From contig NC_043006.1 of NCBI RefSeq assembly GCF_006345805.1, forward strand, positions 43,834,001 through 43,898,000: a stretch of 64,000 nt of DNA. Direction: 5' to 3'. Positions within the stretch are counted from its first letter, which is position 1. Each line of letters opens with the position of its first letter. Source of the DNA: Octopus sinensis. Its lineage: Eukaryota. Made by a program: the position numbers and the translations under genes. Shown here in pieces: positions 1 to 12,844 of the stretch. The notes below the pieces were generated by a model. The model searched no databases, had not been told where the DNA came from, and was given only the letters and a program-made list of their open reading frames with translations.

Positions 1-70
1 ATTAATATTTATTATCATCATCATCATTATAATTATTATTATTATTATTATTATTATTATCATTATTGTG
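1..70. repeat. (ATT/ATC)n trinucleotide microsatellite
   Basis: Runs of att/atc/cat from the window start. Confidence 0.9.
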
Positions 71-414
71 TATTGCTTATGGTGAGGAGAACTACAGAAG
101 AACTTAGCTCATTATTTCTGGACAACTACAAAGTTGGGTTGGTATAGGGGCCTTTCTAGTCTTGCCTAATTCACACCTTCAATTGATTATGAATATACAT
201 AAATGCATGCCTCTGTGTGTGCGTGTATATGTGCGCATATACACACACGCACATGCGTGCGTGCACACGTGTGCCTGCATGTGTACATACATATAGAAAA
301 GTACACAGAAGCACATGTACAGACACACATGCACACTTACATACTACGCATCCATATTTTAAGGGAGCAAATTGCATGAATGTGAATTGTTAAATTGAAG
401 AAAAATGGCTTTTC

Positions 415-489
415 TCCTTGTGCCATTATCATCATCATCATTATTATTATTATTTATTTCGTTGTTGTTGCTACTGTTCTTGGTATTGT

Positions 490-527
<38 letters not shown>

Positions 528-722
528 TCCACATCATCAGATGATTGAAATAAAGAGGTTGCTGTTGTTGTTGTTATTATTATTATTATTATTATTGCTG
601 TTGTTGTTGCTTACTCCTACTACTACTGTCAAACACCTTCAACATTATGATAATGGTAAAAATAATGATGAGATGATGATGATGATGAAGATGATGTTAG
701 TGGTGGTGGTGGTGGTGAAGCC
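415..722. repeat. Compound trinucleotide microsatellite block (cat, tat, tac, gtt, gat, gtg)
   Basis: Consecutive triplet runs; explains the poly-H/Y/L/M/V ORF at 418-738. Confidence 0.9.
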
Positions 723-921
723 GATAACTGAAAAATAACTCCTAGAAATCTCAAATTTCCATATGTTTCTTTCAAAAGCTATCTTAATTATATTTCAGAC
801 ATACATGAACATTTCCAGCAATCAAATGTGAAATAGGTTTTCTAAAACAATGCAGGAATTATCTTTCCAGTAAAAGTGAAAACAATGCTCTATGCTTAAT
901 AGTTTAACAAACCTAAAAAGG

Positions 922-957
<36 letters not shown>

Positions 958-1154
958 GCTATATCAGTTCAATTTATGCCTATCATAATATACATGATAA
1001 GTAAAAGCAAGTGAACCTTCATTGGTTTTGACAATTACTTTTCTACTTCTTTGATTAACTGAAAAGCTTATGCATTAAATAATTGTGTATGTGGTTGAAT
1101 ATTCCATAGACATTTGTACTCTTAATGTAGTAGTTCTTAAGTGTAGGTTAAAGA

Positions 1155-1345
1155 ATGGCAGCTTCGTTAAAAAGCTTGCTTTCTTAAGTATGCAGTTGGT
1201 TGCAGGTTCAGTTTTATCGTGTGCCACTTTGGCCAAGTGTCTGGTAATGGGGCCCTGAGCTAACCCTTCCAAGCTTTGTAAGTAGATGCGGTAGACAAAC
1301 TGGAAGAAACCCCCATCAAATGTGTGTGTGTGTGTGTGTGCATGC
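1155..1345 (+). mobile_element. Degenerate tRNA-derived SINE, family A (5' part)
   Basis: aaaaagcttgctt...ggttcag...ccactttggccaagtgtc...ggtagacaaactggaagaaacc aligns by eye to the well-preserved copy at 29797. Confidence 0.6.
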
Positions 1346-1463
1346 GCACGTGTTTGGAAGTACCAAATAGGATAAACAGAATAAATAAAACTTAAAACGT
1401 GTGTGTTTTTAATCAGCAGAAGTTACCGAATGACTCAAAAGGCCAAGGTGTGTGTGTGTGTGT

Positions 1464-1507
<44 letters not shown>

Positions 1508-2098
1508 ATTTCTGTATGTATTCATCACTAAATAATAAAGGCCAGAATTGTTACCAGCTTCTGTTGTTATATGCATTATTTAAACAATGAAAATGGAGAA
1601 TAGATGGTGACACTTGTTTTATCTTTTATCAAAAAGAATAGTCCTCAGAAGAGAAACTAACTTCAATTTCCTATTCTGTCTTTTCCTTCCAGTCTAGGTT
1701 TATTTATTAACAGCCTCTCTCTCTCTCACACACACACACTATACAATATCATTTATCCTGCATTCTACATAAGGATGAGGTGTGGTATGCCACACTGTTT
1801 AACCTTACTGGTGACAGACGGAAGGTGGGTGAAAGCTAGGTGAATTCAAATTTGTGAGCATGATGGATAAATGCAATGATGGCTTTCTGAGTTGCATGAT
1901 CACCTGGCAAAATGAATCGCTGAGTATTTGTTGCTACTTCTTTCAGAACTACATTAATTTCAGATAGATTTTCTTTTTTTTTCTTTTTATATTTAATCAA
2001 GATTATCAGTACAATCTTTTGTTTAATTATCACTAGCGAAAATAACATGAATGACAATGTTTAAATTTTCTGAAGTAAAACAACCACAAAAACAATAC

Positions 2099-2182
2099 CA
2101 CTCATCTTTTTCTTGTTCGTTCTCTACTGTTGAAATTTCTAAATCTAGTTCGTTTTGGCATTGGATCGATGTATGTCTAAAG
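2099..2182 (-). CDS. Candidate 84-nt symmetric internal exon (xFRHTSIQCQNELDLEISTVENEQEKDEW), product unknown
   Basis: Minus strand: acceptor cacatttatttcag, 84 nt open in one frame only, donor TG|gtattg, several intact CpGs. No homology recognised. Confidence 0.25.
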
Positions 2183-3732
2183 CTGAAATAAATGTGAATA
2201 CGGAATAGGTCAGTCATCTTTGCCTGTGATTGCTCACCACTAACAATAATTGTAGAGGAGCAAATCCAATGTGCCCACCTCCAATGCGGCCACCACCAAA
2301 ATCTAAGGGTATAAAAAAAAATAGCTAGAAAAATGGAGGGCGTGCAATTTTCAGACTGTCACCCTGTAGAATTTATCAGTCCTTGTTGGAATGTGGTCTT
2401 GAGCTAGGAAGAGAAATAGCACAATGGGGAAGGCAAATCTGGGGGTCTTGCCTCATTTTTCAGCAGTTGTATGACATTATGCAGGTCACAAGGCTGCTCA
2501 ATCAAGAATAGTTTATGATCACACAGCAAGAATCTGTGCTATTGTTAGGGTATAGCACAGATGCTATGAACATTAAATTGCTCTAAAAGTAGCTGGTATA
2601 ACTGTTTTTCTGAATCAATAAGTTACTTTCTATAATAATCATTTGCCATACCCAACAGCACTTATTTTCACAGATTTACAGAGATTATTCCCAATCTACT
2701 ACAATATATCTTTAAACATTCCAAATACAAAAACAGTACAAGGTTTCTGGTACCCAACCTTGCTGTTTTGCTTGTTTATTTTTTCACCCTCTATAAAGAA
2801 GTTCATACAAAAAGTATTTAAGACTTTTTTTTTTTTATGTATAACTAAAGAAAAATATTTGGGAAAATAAGAATATTTGGAGAAGATAAGAATTATCGCA
2901 TCTAAACTACAAACAAAATAATCATAGAAATTATTTCACCGAAATCAAATACCTAAATAAAATCTGCTTGGAATCAGAAATGCTCTATGAAGCAGATATC
3001 CAGTTTTCCTCAAACCAGACTCAAAAATATACCTTACGTAAGCAAAACATTGTCGATAGATATAATAATTGTGATGGTAACTTGAATAAGAAAATCCATC
3101 TGCTGGAATTGGATAGAAGCTGGCAAAGAAATAAAATAGCTCATTGAACTATTCTGATACAATCAGAAAATGTCTTTCTTTACCTAGCTTAATATCTACC
3201 TTCTGAAAACATCTTTTAGCAAATGATGTTTACCTGTTATTGCAGAAAAATATGCGATACTTCAAAATACAATATTATGTTGCAGAGGTGACTGGTATTG
3301 TTGAAACTGTAAAGTGATTACTTCAAGAGTTAAAGTAATTTCAAACACTCGTTTACAATACTTGGTCTGAGATTCCTACTAAAAGATTTACATAACTAGG
3401 GTTTTATCAGTAGTCATCAAGTTTAAACAGCAGTTTCCTTCAACCCTCAAAGGAGACAACAAAACACTGTTTCTATTGATGCACTTAAAAGCTTGCCAAA
3501 CAGATTTCAATAGTATTGCCACAAGGAACACTTACTCAAGCTGAACGCAGTAAGTGGGATTAATGAGAAGATGGGAATACCGTGTTATTTGATCATACAA
3601 GTTCTATCCATACATCTACAACAACGTTCAGCAGAAAATAAAGATAAAAAAACTTTTTGCAGAATAACTATTTAATAATCAAAACCTTTAAAAGATAACA
3701 CTTTCTCTTTTCGTTTTTCTGATCTTCTATGC

Positions 3733-3991
3733 CAGCGGTTCTAAACTGGCATCCATATGACCCTTGGTGGTGGGGGAGTCCATATAAGATTTTTGTCTTT
3801 AAAATTAATGTGCAATAAATTGATTATTCTTCAACACTATGCAAAATATTATAACAAATTTTTATATAATTCCTAATAATATTTAATTAGAAAAATAGGA
3901 TTTTTTAAGACATGAGTTATGGTTATGAGAGTCCATCCAAGTAAAATAAGAACCAAGTGGTCCATGGACAAAAAATGCATCAGAACCACAG
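3733..3991 (+). mobile_element. hAT-like MITE with decayed 8-bp target-site duplication
   Basis: Ends cagcggttct...agaaccacag (CAGTGGTTCT-type TIR); flanks ttctatgc (3725-3732) and ttctacac (3992-3999). Related partial copies near 60787 and 62200-62353. Confidence 0.75.
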
Positions 3992-5448
3992 TTCTACACT
4001 ATTTTCTCACAAAATATTGACACCTACACAGTTAAAATCAAATTGACAGCAATGACAAAGCTACGCTACCCTATTTAAGCCATACAACCACATACGTGGG
4101 CAAAACCCCTAGCCCCAGAGCTGCAATTAAAGGGCATATTTATTAAGCAGCAGAGAAATCAAAAGAAACTGTTGACAGTTGCTGTTGTAAGTACATCAAC
4201 TTTTACTTAGGTAAAATGAAAGATTATTCCGACCCTACCAGAGCAAAAGGATACAAATCTAAGTGGGAAGAGATAGATCTGTGAGCGGAAAGATTATTAA
4301 AGGCTCAACAATACAAAGCAAAAGTTAAGGGGGTTAGCAGGTGAAAAGATTCAATATCAGATTATGTACCATAGTAGTACAATCAGTGTCAGTTAAATGA
4401 TAACCACTGATAAGTATTATAATGGCAATAAATATTCTATAGGAAACTGACGCTATTAGAGTTTCAAAGATGGTGGAGGTGAAATTAGATTGAGAAGTAG
4501 CATGAAAGATGGCTTTGTACTGAAGTTCAGCAAAACAGATGAGAATGGTAAAGGGGAAGGGTAAGGTGGACAGAGAAGCGCATAAACGACTGGTTATCAA
4601 ATTCATTAAGATACTAATACAAGCTTTGAGATAAGGCTAGCATAAAGTATGTGAGTCTGAGTGTAAGGTAGGAATGGTGGTCAATGTGGTGGTGGTGGTG
4701 TGGTGGTGGTGGTGGTGAAGGGGGGGTGGATCATAGGGATTGAACCAGTGTGAAATAAACAAAGATATAGGCAAAATATCAACATGTCTGACAGGGTGTT
4801 AGCAAACACTCACTCAGAGAGAACTGATCACATCTAACTTCACACATCTTCTACACTGTCTATTGGAAATTCATGAAAGACATTTCAGCTATAAAGACAG
4901 GACAGTTAAGGATATATGTATACAGGTGTTATAAATAAAAGCATACATAGACATGAGTAAAAAAGGTGAAAACAAAGAGATGCATAGAGATAGAAATACT
5001 TGAGAGAGTGTGTGTGAGAGAGAGGAGAAGATGAAGAGAAATGGAAAACTAGACCATCTCAAGAAGATTGTGTTAGTCAATAAAAACATAGAAATTATAC
5101 AAACTATGTAAATACAGGTCTGTAACAGTTAATATTTGATATGATTCAATTTGATTTGATGTAAAGTTTTATGAAAAAAAAGGAATGAGTTGCAGCGTGG
5201 GGTGGGAATTACAATGCTCGGGGCCATGGAATATGTAGACAATTCAAAAACAAAAATATAAATTCATAAGATTGGAAATATTTTTGGAATAATCTCTGGT
5301 TTTTATTCTGGAAAGGAAGACAACAACAACGAAAACAAAACAATAACACTAATAATATTAATAATAATATTAACAACATGACTAGACTACTAGCACTAAT
5401 AATAGAAATCATACTAAGAATAACAATAATAATGATCTCTGGTATCAA

Positions 5449-5479
<31 letters not shown>

Positions 5480-6150
5480 AATCATACCAAAAAAGAAATT
5501 TTTTTACTGTTTCAAGACATGGTAATAGAGTAGCATGAACCATTTTAGAAACAGCAAATAATTTGCTTGCTCACACATAAATTCTTGTTGAGAGCAGTAA
5601 CAAAAATCTAGGTGAAGAGAAAACATCGAAGTTGGGTGCCAACAACACTGAATGGTGCAGCCAAGCCGAAGAGACACCATTTACAGAACAATTTTCATTT
5701 ATTCCAGCAATTCTTTTGATCACTTTTCAAGTTGTTATTATTGTCAGCGTTGTTATTCTTTCTCGTCTTCTGGTGAAATAAGTCTTAATGATAATATTCC
5801 CATTAAATTGCTCTCCCACCACCACCACCACCCCACCTCCGACGCACTGTTATAGACCAACAGACACAGACACACGGACACACTCTCACACATATACACT
5901 TCAACTATGGTTTTTCATTGCATGAAATAAACATCGTTAAAAGTGCTCAGCTTGTTTTGATTTTCTTTTTTTTCCTTTTTTTGTAATATTTACACATGTT
6001 TATACATGGACACACACATATATATGTACAAATGCACATGCACACAACTATCATAAAATTTTTTTTATTATTATTAGTCTTGTTAATGCACACACACACA
6101 TAATATCTATATTTCACAGAAACCAAAGGCTAAAGAATCACCACCACCAC

Positions 6151-6185
<35 letters not shown>

Positions 6186-6828
6186 ACACTCACTCACTCT
6201 TTGGGCCACCGATAACTGAAACTTTAACTCATACAAAAACTAAATACCAAATATTACTGGAATTCTTTTGTCTTGATTCAACAAAAACCAATTCTATTAA
6301 TATTCATTTTTAAAACAAAGAAAATTTATTTTTAATAAAATGATTGGTGTTTGTTTTATTCTCTTCCATTTCTTCTACTGTTGATATTTTTTGATTTTCA
6401 GTTTTTTATTTTATTTTATTTTCATTTGTAGTTATTATTATTTTAATGTTTGCTTTTGTATTTGGGTTTTTTTTTTGTTATCTTTTGGCATTATAGCAAA
6501 ATCTAGCTGAATTAATTACCAAATACTATAGAGTTTAAAGAATTTGTCCTAAGCAAATATTGTAAAAACCCACTGGAGCAGCACGCAGGGTAAATAATGG
6601 CAAAATATACCAGAATTGTTATGGCTTACAACCACAACAGTTTAGAAATGAGGAAGAACAACTATTACAACAATAATTACAAGAAGAAAAGAAACAAACT
6701 TTATTTGGTGCCTTGTTGTGTTGCTTCACTTTGTATTTATATTTCCAATTAAATGCAAGAAACCATGACTTTGAAAGTTTTCAAACCAATTAGGAAAAAA
6801 AAATAAACAGAAGAAAACAGCTTTACAT

Positions 6829-6863
<35 letters not shown>

Positions 6864-7572
6864 TTTTATGGGGAGGAGGAGGGGGAGGTAAAGATATTTA
6901 ACCATTTCCAGGATTCAACAGATGTTGATAAATAATCATAATAAAGCCAATGGGAGTGGAGCAAGGCAATTCTCGATTCAGATTCAGGGTGGAAAATTCT
7001 TGTAAGAGAAATTAAATTAATGCATACTCACAAAGAAATCGCTTTGAAGTTGAAGACAAGAAAAATTGATTTCAAACACTTTAAGCTCAAGGAAAACACA
7101 ACACAGTGCAACGGAGTGTGACCGACACCTTTAAAACTCATAGATGTGTAATGTTATATAGGAGACCTGAGTGTGTGGGTTGGGAGGCGGGTGGAAGTGA
7201 AAGGAGTTGAGTGGATGGCGTGCAAGTGTGGAGGAGGCGGAGGGGGTTCGGAAAATTGTGAAGTCTAAAGTGGTGTGGTGGAATAACTATGGACTTACAG
7301 CAGCAAACAACACTACTGCCGCCTCCTAGCTGTGGCCACTGAAGCAAGATTTTTCAACAAGATGGCAAAGCTGGTTAGATTTCAATAACACTACCTCCGC
7401 AACATCTATCTACATACCTATTCCCCACTTTTCACCCTCTCCCTACCCCCAAAGCTATATTATTTACAGTTGTTTCTTCTTTAAACTTTACATAATGCAG
7501 CACAAAATTTTATTTATTGAACAACTACCTCTTCCTCTGACATTAAATTAGCAGCTATTATCATTATTATTA

Positions 7573-7616
<44 letters not shown>

Positions 7617-7785
7617 GAATCTGGAATGTTGTCAGACACACACACACATTGGTCTCTATGAGTCAGGCAAATGTGGCTAGTCTTACATCCACCCTTGCAT
7701 TTTACAGAAAGCCAGGGGTTGACAAGGGCAACAATGTACCAGCCTATTCTGGAGCACTTTCAGGCCTACCATCAGATGCAAGCAT

Positions 7786-8101
7786 GGGTATTATGTAGTT
7801 AAAATGCTCACCTTGCAACCAAGTAATTTCAGGCTATACGAGAAGACACCTGCCCAAAGCGTCATGCACCTTGGACATCTTCTACTGAAGCCCTCAGCTA
7901 ACCAATGCCTTTCCAATGAATTCGGTAGACAGACATTGATGAAAATCCATGGTGTGTGTGTGTGTGTGTGCCTGTCTGTCTTTCAGTTTGTTGCCATCAT
8001 TACTACTACCTGACTACCAGTATTGGTTTGTTTACATCCTTATAGCAGTGATTCAGCAATAGAGCGGGATAAATATGTATATATCATAGAAACCAAACAT
8101 G

Positions 8102-8143
<42 letters not shown>

Positions 8144-8370
8144 CATACATGAATGTGTGTATCTGTTTTTGTGTTTGTTCTCCACCACCACTACCACTTG
8201 ACTACAAGTGTTGGTTTGTTTTCATCCCTCTAACTTAGCAGTTTGACAAAAAGAGTAATGAAATAAGTACCGCATAATAATACTGGGATTGATTTGTTCG
8301 ATTGAAAGCTGACAGAGCAATGCTCCAGCCTGACCATAATCCAATAAATGAAACAAGTTAAAGATAAAAC
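7786..8370 (+). mobile_element. Degenerate family A SINE plus a second 3' half, separated by (TG)n
   Basis: Head-like ttaaaatgctcaccttgcaacc and ggtagacag at 7786-7945; two tail modules (ttggtttgtttacatcc at ~8023; aacttagcagtttgacaaaa...gctccagc...gaaacaagttaaag at 8160-8368). Confidence 0.6.
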
Positions 8371-9101
8371 ATACAAAAAATATATAAAGATGTTAAAAAA
8401 TGTGGAACACATTGTATAACGTAGTCATAGAAACATCACTGTAACAGAATATGAGATGGTCACTTATGGAGTGCCTTAGCACATAGACACGATCTGAGAT
8501 TAAATAATAAGAGCAGTGACAATAGCAGCTGTAGAGAAAGCAGTGGAGTATCAATCTAATAAGGAAACTATCAAACAAAGTTTGGCAGTTTACAAATCTA
8601 CAGACATGAAGTACAATTTATACTGACAACTTTAAATCAGAAATTCTACATTCAATAAAGAGACTTCTTGAGATTTCTTCAATTTCCCAGCTTGGAATTT
8701 CCACACAAGTAACAAAATATTCTGCAGAGTAATTAGAAATAATTTCTGCAAGAGTGTAGGATGATAGGAAAATGTGATTACTACTGCTACAGAAGCGTGG
8801 GGGGGGGGTGATGGCAGAAGGGAATAATGGTGACAATGAAATAAGCGAGAAGTAGAGGAGAAATAGCTAAGCTTTCGAGGGAAGGGTAGGGGGAAGGCAA
8901 AGGATCCCATTTGGCGTGTAAAAAATAAAAGAGAAATGTTAAAGAACTGTCCGCTCATCATCACCATTTAACATTCAGTTTTCCATATCTTCATGGAGAA
9001 CTGGAAACGAATGACCACATTTGATGAAGCCATTACAAAATAACATTTATAACCATTACAAAATGTCTAGGTACACACACACACCACACACACACATAAT
9101 G

Positions 9102-9243
9102 AGCTTCTTTCAGTTTCCATCAATGAAATCCACTCACAAGGCTTTAGTTGACCCAGGACTTCAAAAGAAAACACTTGCCCAAAATGACACATAGTGGGAC
9201 TGAACTGAAGACCACAAGCTTCAGAAGTAAGCTTCTTAATCAC
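9102..9243 (-). mobile_element. Family A SINE, 5' fragment
   Basis: gcttctttcagtttccatc...aatccactcacaaggcttt...cacttgccc...gtgggactgaac is the reverse complement of the family A head and core. Confidence 0.75.
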
Positions 9244-9614
9244 ACACACATACACACACACACACACATCCATAACTGTGCCTATCCTGTGATGAAAAAA
9301 CAGGTTAAAAATCCTGTGTACAGAGATAAGGATGACCAGAGATGTGGTAGAAAGAAGTGGGCGTGTTGGTGTGGTGAATAAATAAGAACAGGTGAGACCA
9401 GAGAAGTGAGGTATAATAACTGGGACAGAGATGATAAGATGACTAGAGCAGTGGAGTAAACGGAAAAAGGTGTGACAGACATGGAAAGGTGTTATTTTAT
9501 AGGGCAAAAGTGTGGCCTTTGCAATGGAGCAACAACAGGAATAGCAACGTTCTAATATGTTGCTTTCATATCTTGTATAGAGGAGAAGCCACCACTGCTG
9601 TTATCATCATCATC

Positions 9615-10050
9615 CTTTAACTTTTCACTTGTTTCAGATATGGACTGTGGCTGTGCCAGGGCACCACATTGAGAATTTATTTCATAACATCAACCCATGT
9701 ACTTATTTTTTAAAGACTAGTACTTATTCTGTTGATTCTTTCTGCTGAACCACTAAGTTACAGGAATGTAAACAAACCAACACTAGTTGTCATGTGGTGG
9801 TGGTGGTGGGGTACAAGCACAAAGACACACAAATAGATATATAAATGTGTGTGTGTGTGCGTGTGTGTTTGTGCACGCGCGCATATACACGACAGGCTTC
9901 TTTCAGTTTCCATCTACCAAATCCATTCTCAAGGCTTTGGTTGCCCTGGGCATGTGGTAGGAAACACCAGGCCAAAGCACCATGCAGTGTGTCTGAACCT
10001 GAAACCAAATAGTTGGGAAGCAAGCTTCTCAACCACACAGCTATGCCTGT
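9615..10050 (-). mobile_element. Family A SINE, near full length
   Basis: cacttgtttcag...tagtacttattct...gctgaaccactaagttac...ggcttctttcagtttccatctaccaaatcc...gcaagcttctcaaccacacagc. Confidence 0.85.
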
Positions 10051-10574
10051 ACTTGCAGTCATGTTCACTCCATGCTGGCATGGGTTGGACAGATATTGAC
10101 AGCATCCGGTAGATTGCAAGAGGGCATTGTACTTTAGTGTCTGCTTTGGCATGCGGGGAACTAAATCAAGCTCCAAAAATGAATTACTTCCTTTGTGTAT
10201 CAATCCACGCTGTCTTTGAAATCAGAGAACTTTCCGTCTGCAGTGTGCGCATGCGATCCATCAAGTGTGGAGATGACGATAATCATAAAGAAACTGTTGT
10301 TTTGAATGATTTGTAATTTATTTCGTTTCAGCAACAGGGATATAGAGAGACGAGAGCCAAGCAGAGGCAATTCTTGTACAACTAAACTCCCTGATTAGTT
10401 TTGATATATTTACTGCTTACAAAAGGGAGCTAGATGACCTTAATATTGGCAAAAGGTTGTGTTGATGAACTACTAGAATGGCATTAAATCTTATTTTCAT
10501 TCTTTTTCTTTTTTTTTCCCCCCTTCTCTTAAGCAGAGTCCTGTATGTGTGCACGCGCATGTGTATGTATGCAC

Positions 10575-10607
<33 letters not shown>

Positions 10608-11640
10608 AGATTGATTGATGTGTAAAGACTGGTGTCTAAGCATGTAAGGATTGAATGACAAAAGCTAAAATAAGGATTGGATAACCATAGCCAAACACTA
10701 CAGACAAAACACGACACACTGGCCAAACATCTTACGTGTCTGTCCAGTCTGGGTGATATTAAATGATGAAAGCAGAGGTGGATAGCAACTGAATAAATAG
10801 CAACAAGAGTTAGCATAAGTGATATCAAGGAGGGTGTGGTAGGAGGTAAGAACAAATTGGAAAAGAGGGGAGGTAATTATGGTCAAATACAAAAGGAGAG
10901 AGTGGGAGAGAGAGAGAGAGAGAGAGAGAGGGGAGGAGTATATACTTCCCTGCTTCAAGGGAGGAGTAGGGGGATTAACCAGTAATTAATAGCAAGGTGT
11001 GAGGATGGCAAAGGAGAAGATTAAGAAATTGAGTAGAGAGGGTGTTTTTTTTTGTTATTGCTTTTGTTGTTCTTTTTTTTTTAAAGCAGAGAGGATGATG
11101 GGGAGTAGCTAAGAGATAAGTGATGGCAGGAGGAGGTGGGAGGAGAAAAAGAGAAGACAAAAGGGAGGAAGAGGAAGCAGAAGGAGATGATAGGAAAACA
11201 TGAGTAATTAATAGCAGAGATGGAGTGGTGGGAGAAGGGAAGGAAGAAGCTATGTGAGTAACTGCTTGGGAGTGAGGGGAGGAGGAGTATTCTATGAGTG
11301 AGGATGTCTGAGCGGGGGGGGGGGGTAATAACGGAAGTGTAGGGAGCCCTGTTAAGACAAGGGGAAATATATGAGGAAGAAGGAGGTAGGGATTGCAGAG
11401 AAGGGACTGGAATAGAATGGTATAGATGAGAGGTAAATAGGAAAAAGAGAGGAAATATTAGCCTTGCGCGCACATGTGTGTGTGTGTGTGTGTGTGTGTG
11501 GTTTTAACTGCTGATGGAAGGAGAGTAAGTAAGGAAGAGCGGAAACAATGATGATAAAGTGTGGACAGTGAAACAAAATAAGTGCATCAAGTGTGTGTGT
11601 ATGCGCGCATGTGTATTCTTTTATTTTTATGCTTTTATAT

Positions 11641-12022
11641 TCCTTTACTTGTTTCAGTCATTTGACTGCGGCCATGCTGGAGCACCGCCTTTTAGGCGAA
11701 TAAATTGGCCCCAGGACTTATTCTTTGTAAGCCTAGTACTTATTCTATCGGTTCTCTTTTGCTGAACTGCATATTTACGGGGACGTAAACACACCAACAC
11801 CACTTGTCAAGTGATGGTGGGAGGACAAGCACAGACACACAAACATATACACACACGCACATGGTACAGGCTTCTTCCAGTTTCCGTCTACCATATCCAC
11901 TCACAAGGCTTTGGTCGGCGCGAGTCTACAGTAGAAGACACTTGCCCAGGGTGCCACACAGTGGAACTGAACCCAGAACCATGTGGTTGGTGAGCAAGCT
12001 ACTTACCACACAGCTTCTCCTG
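11641..12022 (-). mobile_element. Family A SINE, full length
   Basis: Reverse complement of the 29797 copy: tttacttgtttcagtcatttgactgcggccatgctggagcaccgcc ... gcaagctacttaccacacagc. Confidence 0.92.
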
Positions 12023-12770
12023 TGGATATCTATATGTAAAAGCATGCGGGTGTATCTGTAGCTCTGTGTATGTGTGTGTGTGCGTGTGTGCACACACATA
12101 CAGACTTAGTTTCATGCACAGATACGTACACGTGCATACAGTTATGTAAGCGCTTCCCATCTACGTCTTTGCACACATGGACATACACATGCAGTCTTGG
12201 ATACACAGCACACAGGCACAAACGCACGCACATACAGATGCATGCACATGTTCATACACAAACATATACTTGTGATGCTCGTATATAACCATTATGTGAG
12301 AGAGACACGGAAAGAGGAGGCTAGACAGGGAGACAGAATGCGTAAAACAGAAAAACCCAACACATCTACACTTGAAATAAAACATAGAAATTCAGGAATT
12401 CATGATATGGGAATGGATGGGTAGGAGAGGACAGAGAGAGAGAGGGAAGAGAGAGACCAAGAAGGATTGGAGAGAGGCAGGCAGGCAGGCAGGCAGACAA
12501 GAAAGGGTGGTGAGAGAGAGAGAGGAACAAGGGTGAAGAGAGATGGAGCAACAAGAAGGGAGTGAAAAGGGAGAGAGACAAGAAAAGATGAGAAGAGAGA
12601 GAGAGAGAGAGACAAGAAGGGATGAAAAGGGAGAGAAAGAGAGAGAGACAAACAAACAGACACGAGAGATAGGGGTACACAGCGTATTTCATAGGGTGCA
12701 AGGAGTGGGGGTGCAAGCTAAATCTAGTGGTGCAGAGAAATGGCAAGAATGGTGCAGCAGGGAAATGTGT

Positions 12771-12844
12771 GGGTGGGTGGGTGGATGGGTGGGTGGGTGA
12801 GTGCATGGGTGGGTTTGTGAGTGAATGGATGGATGGGTGGGTGG
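12771..12844 (+). repeat. (GGGT)n-rich tract, potential G-quadruplex
   Basis: More than four GGG runs with 1-nt to short loops. Confidence 0.6.

Noticed and set aside
2460-2471. Resemblance to the 5' part of a lophotrochozoan miRNA (tcagcagttgta, miR-1992-like as recalled)
   Set aside because: Only 12 nt match, the 3' half diverges, and I see no pre-miRNA hairpin.
4140-4690. Purine-rich block that might be a decayed LINE
   Set aside because: Stops in all frames and no motif I could assign with confidence; needs a Dfam or tBLASTx search.
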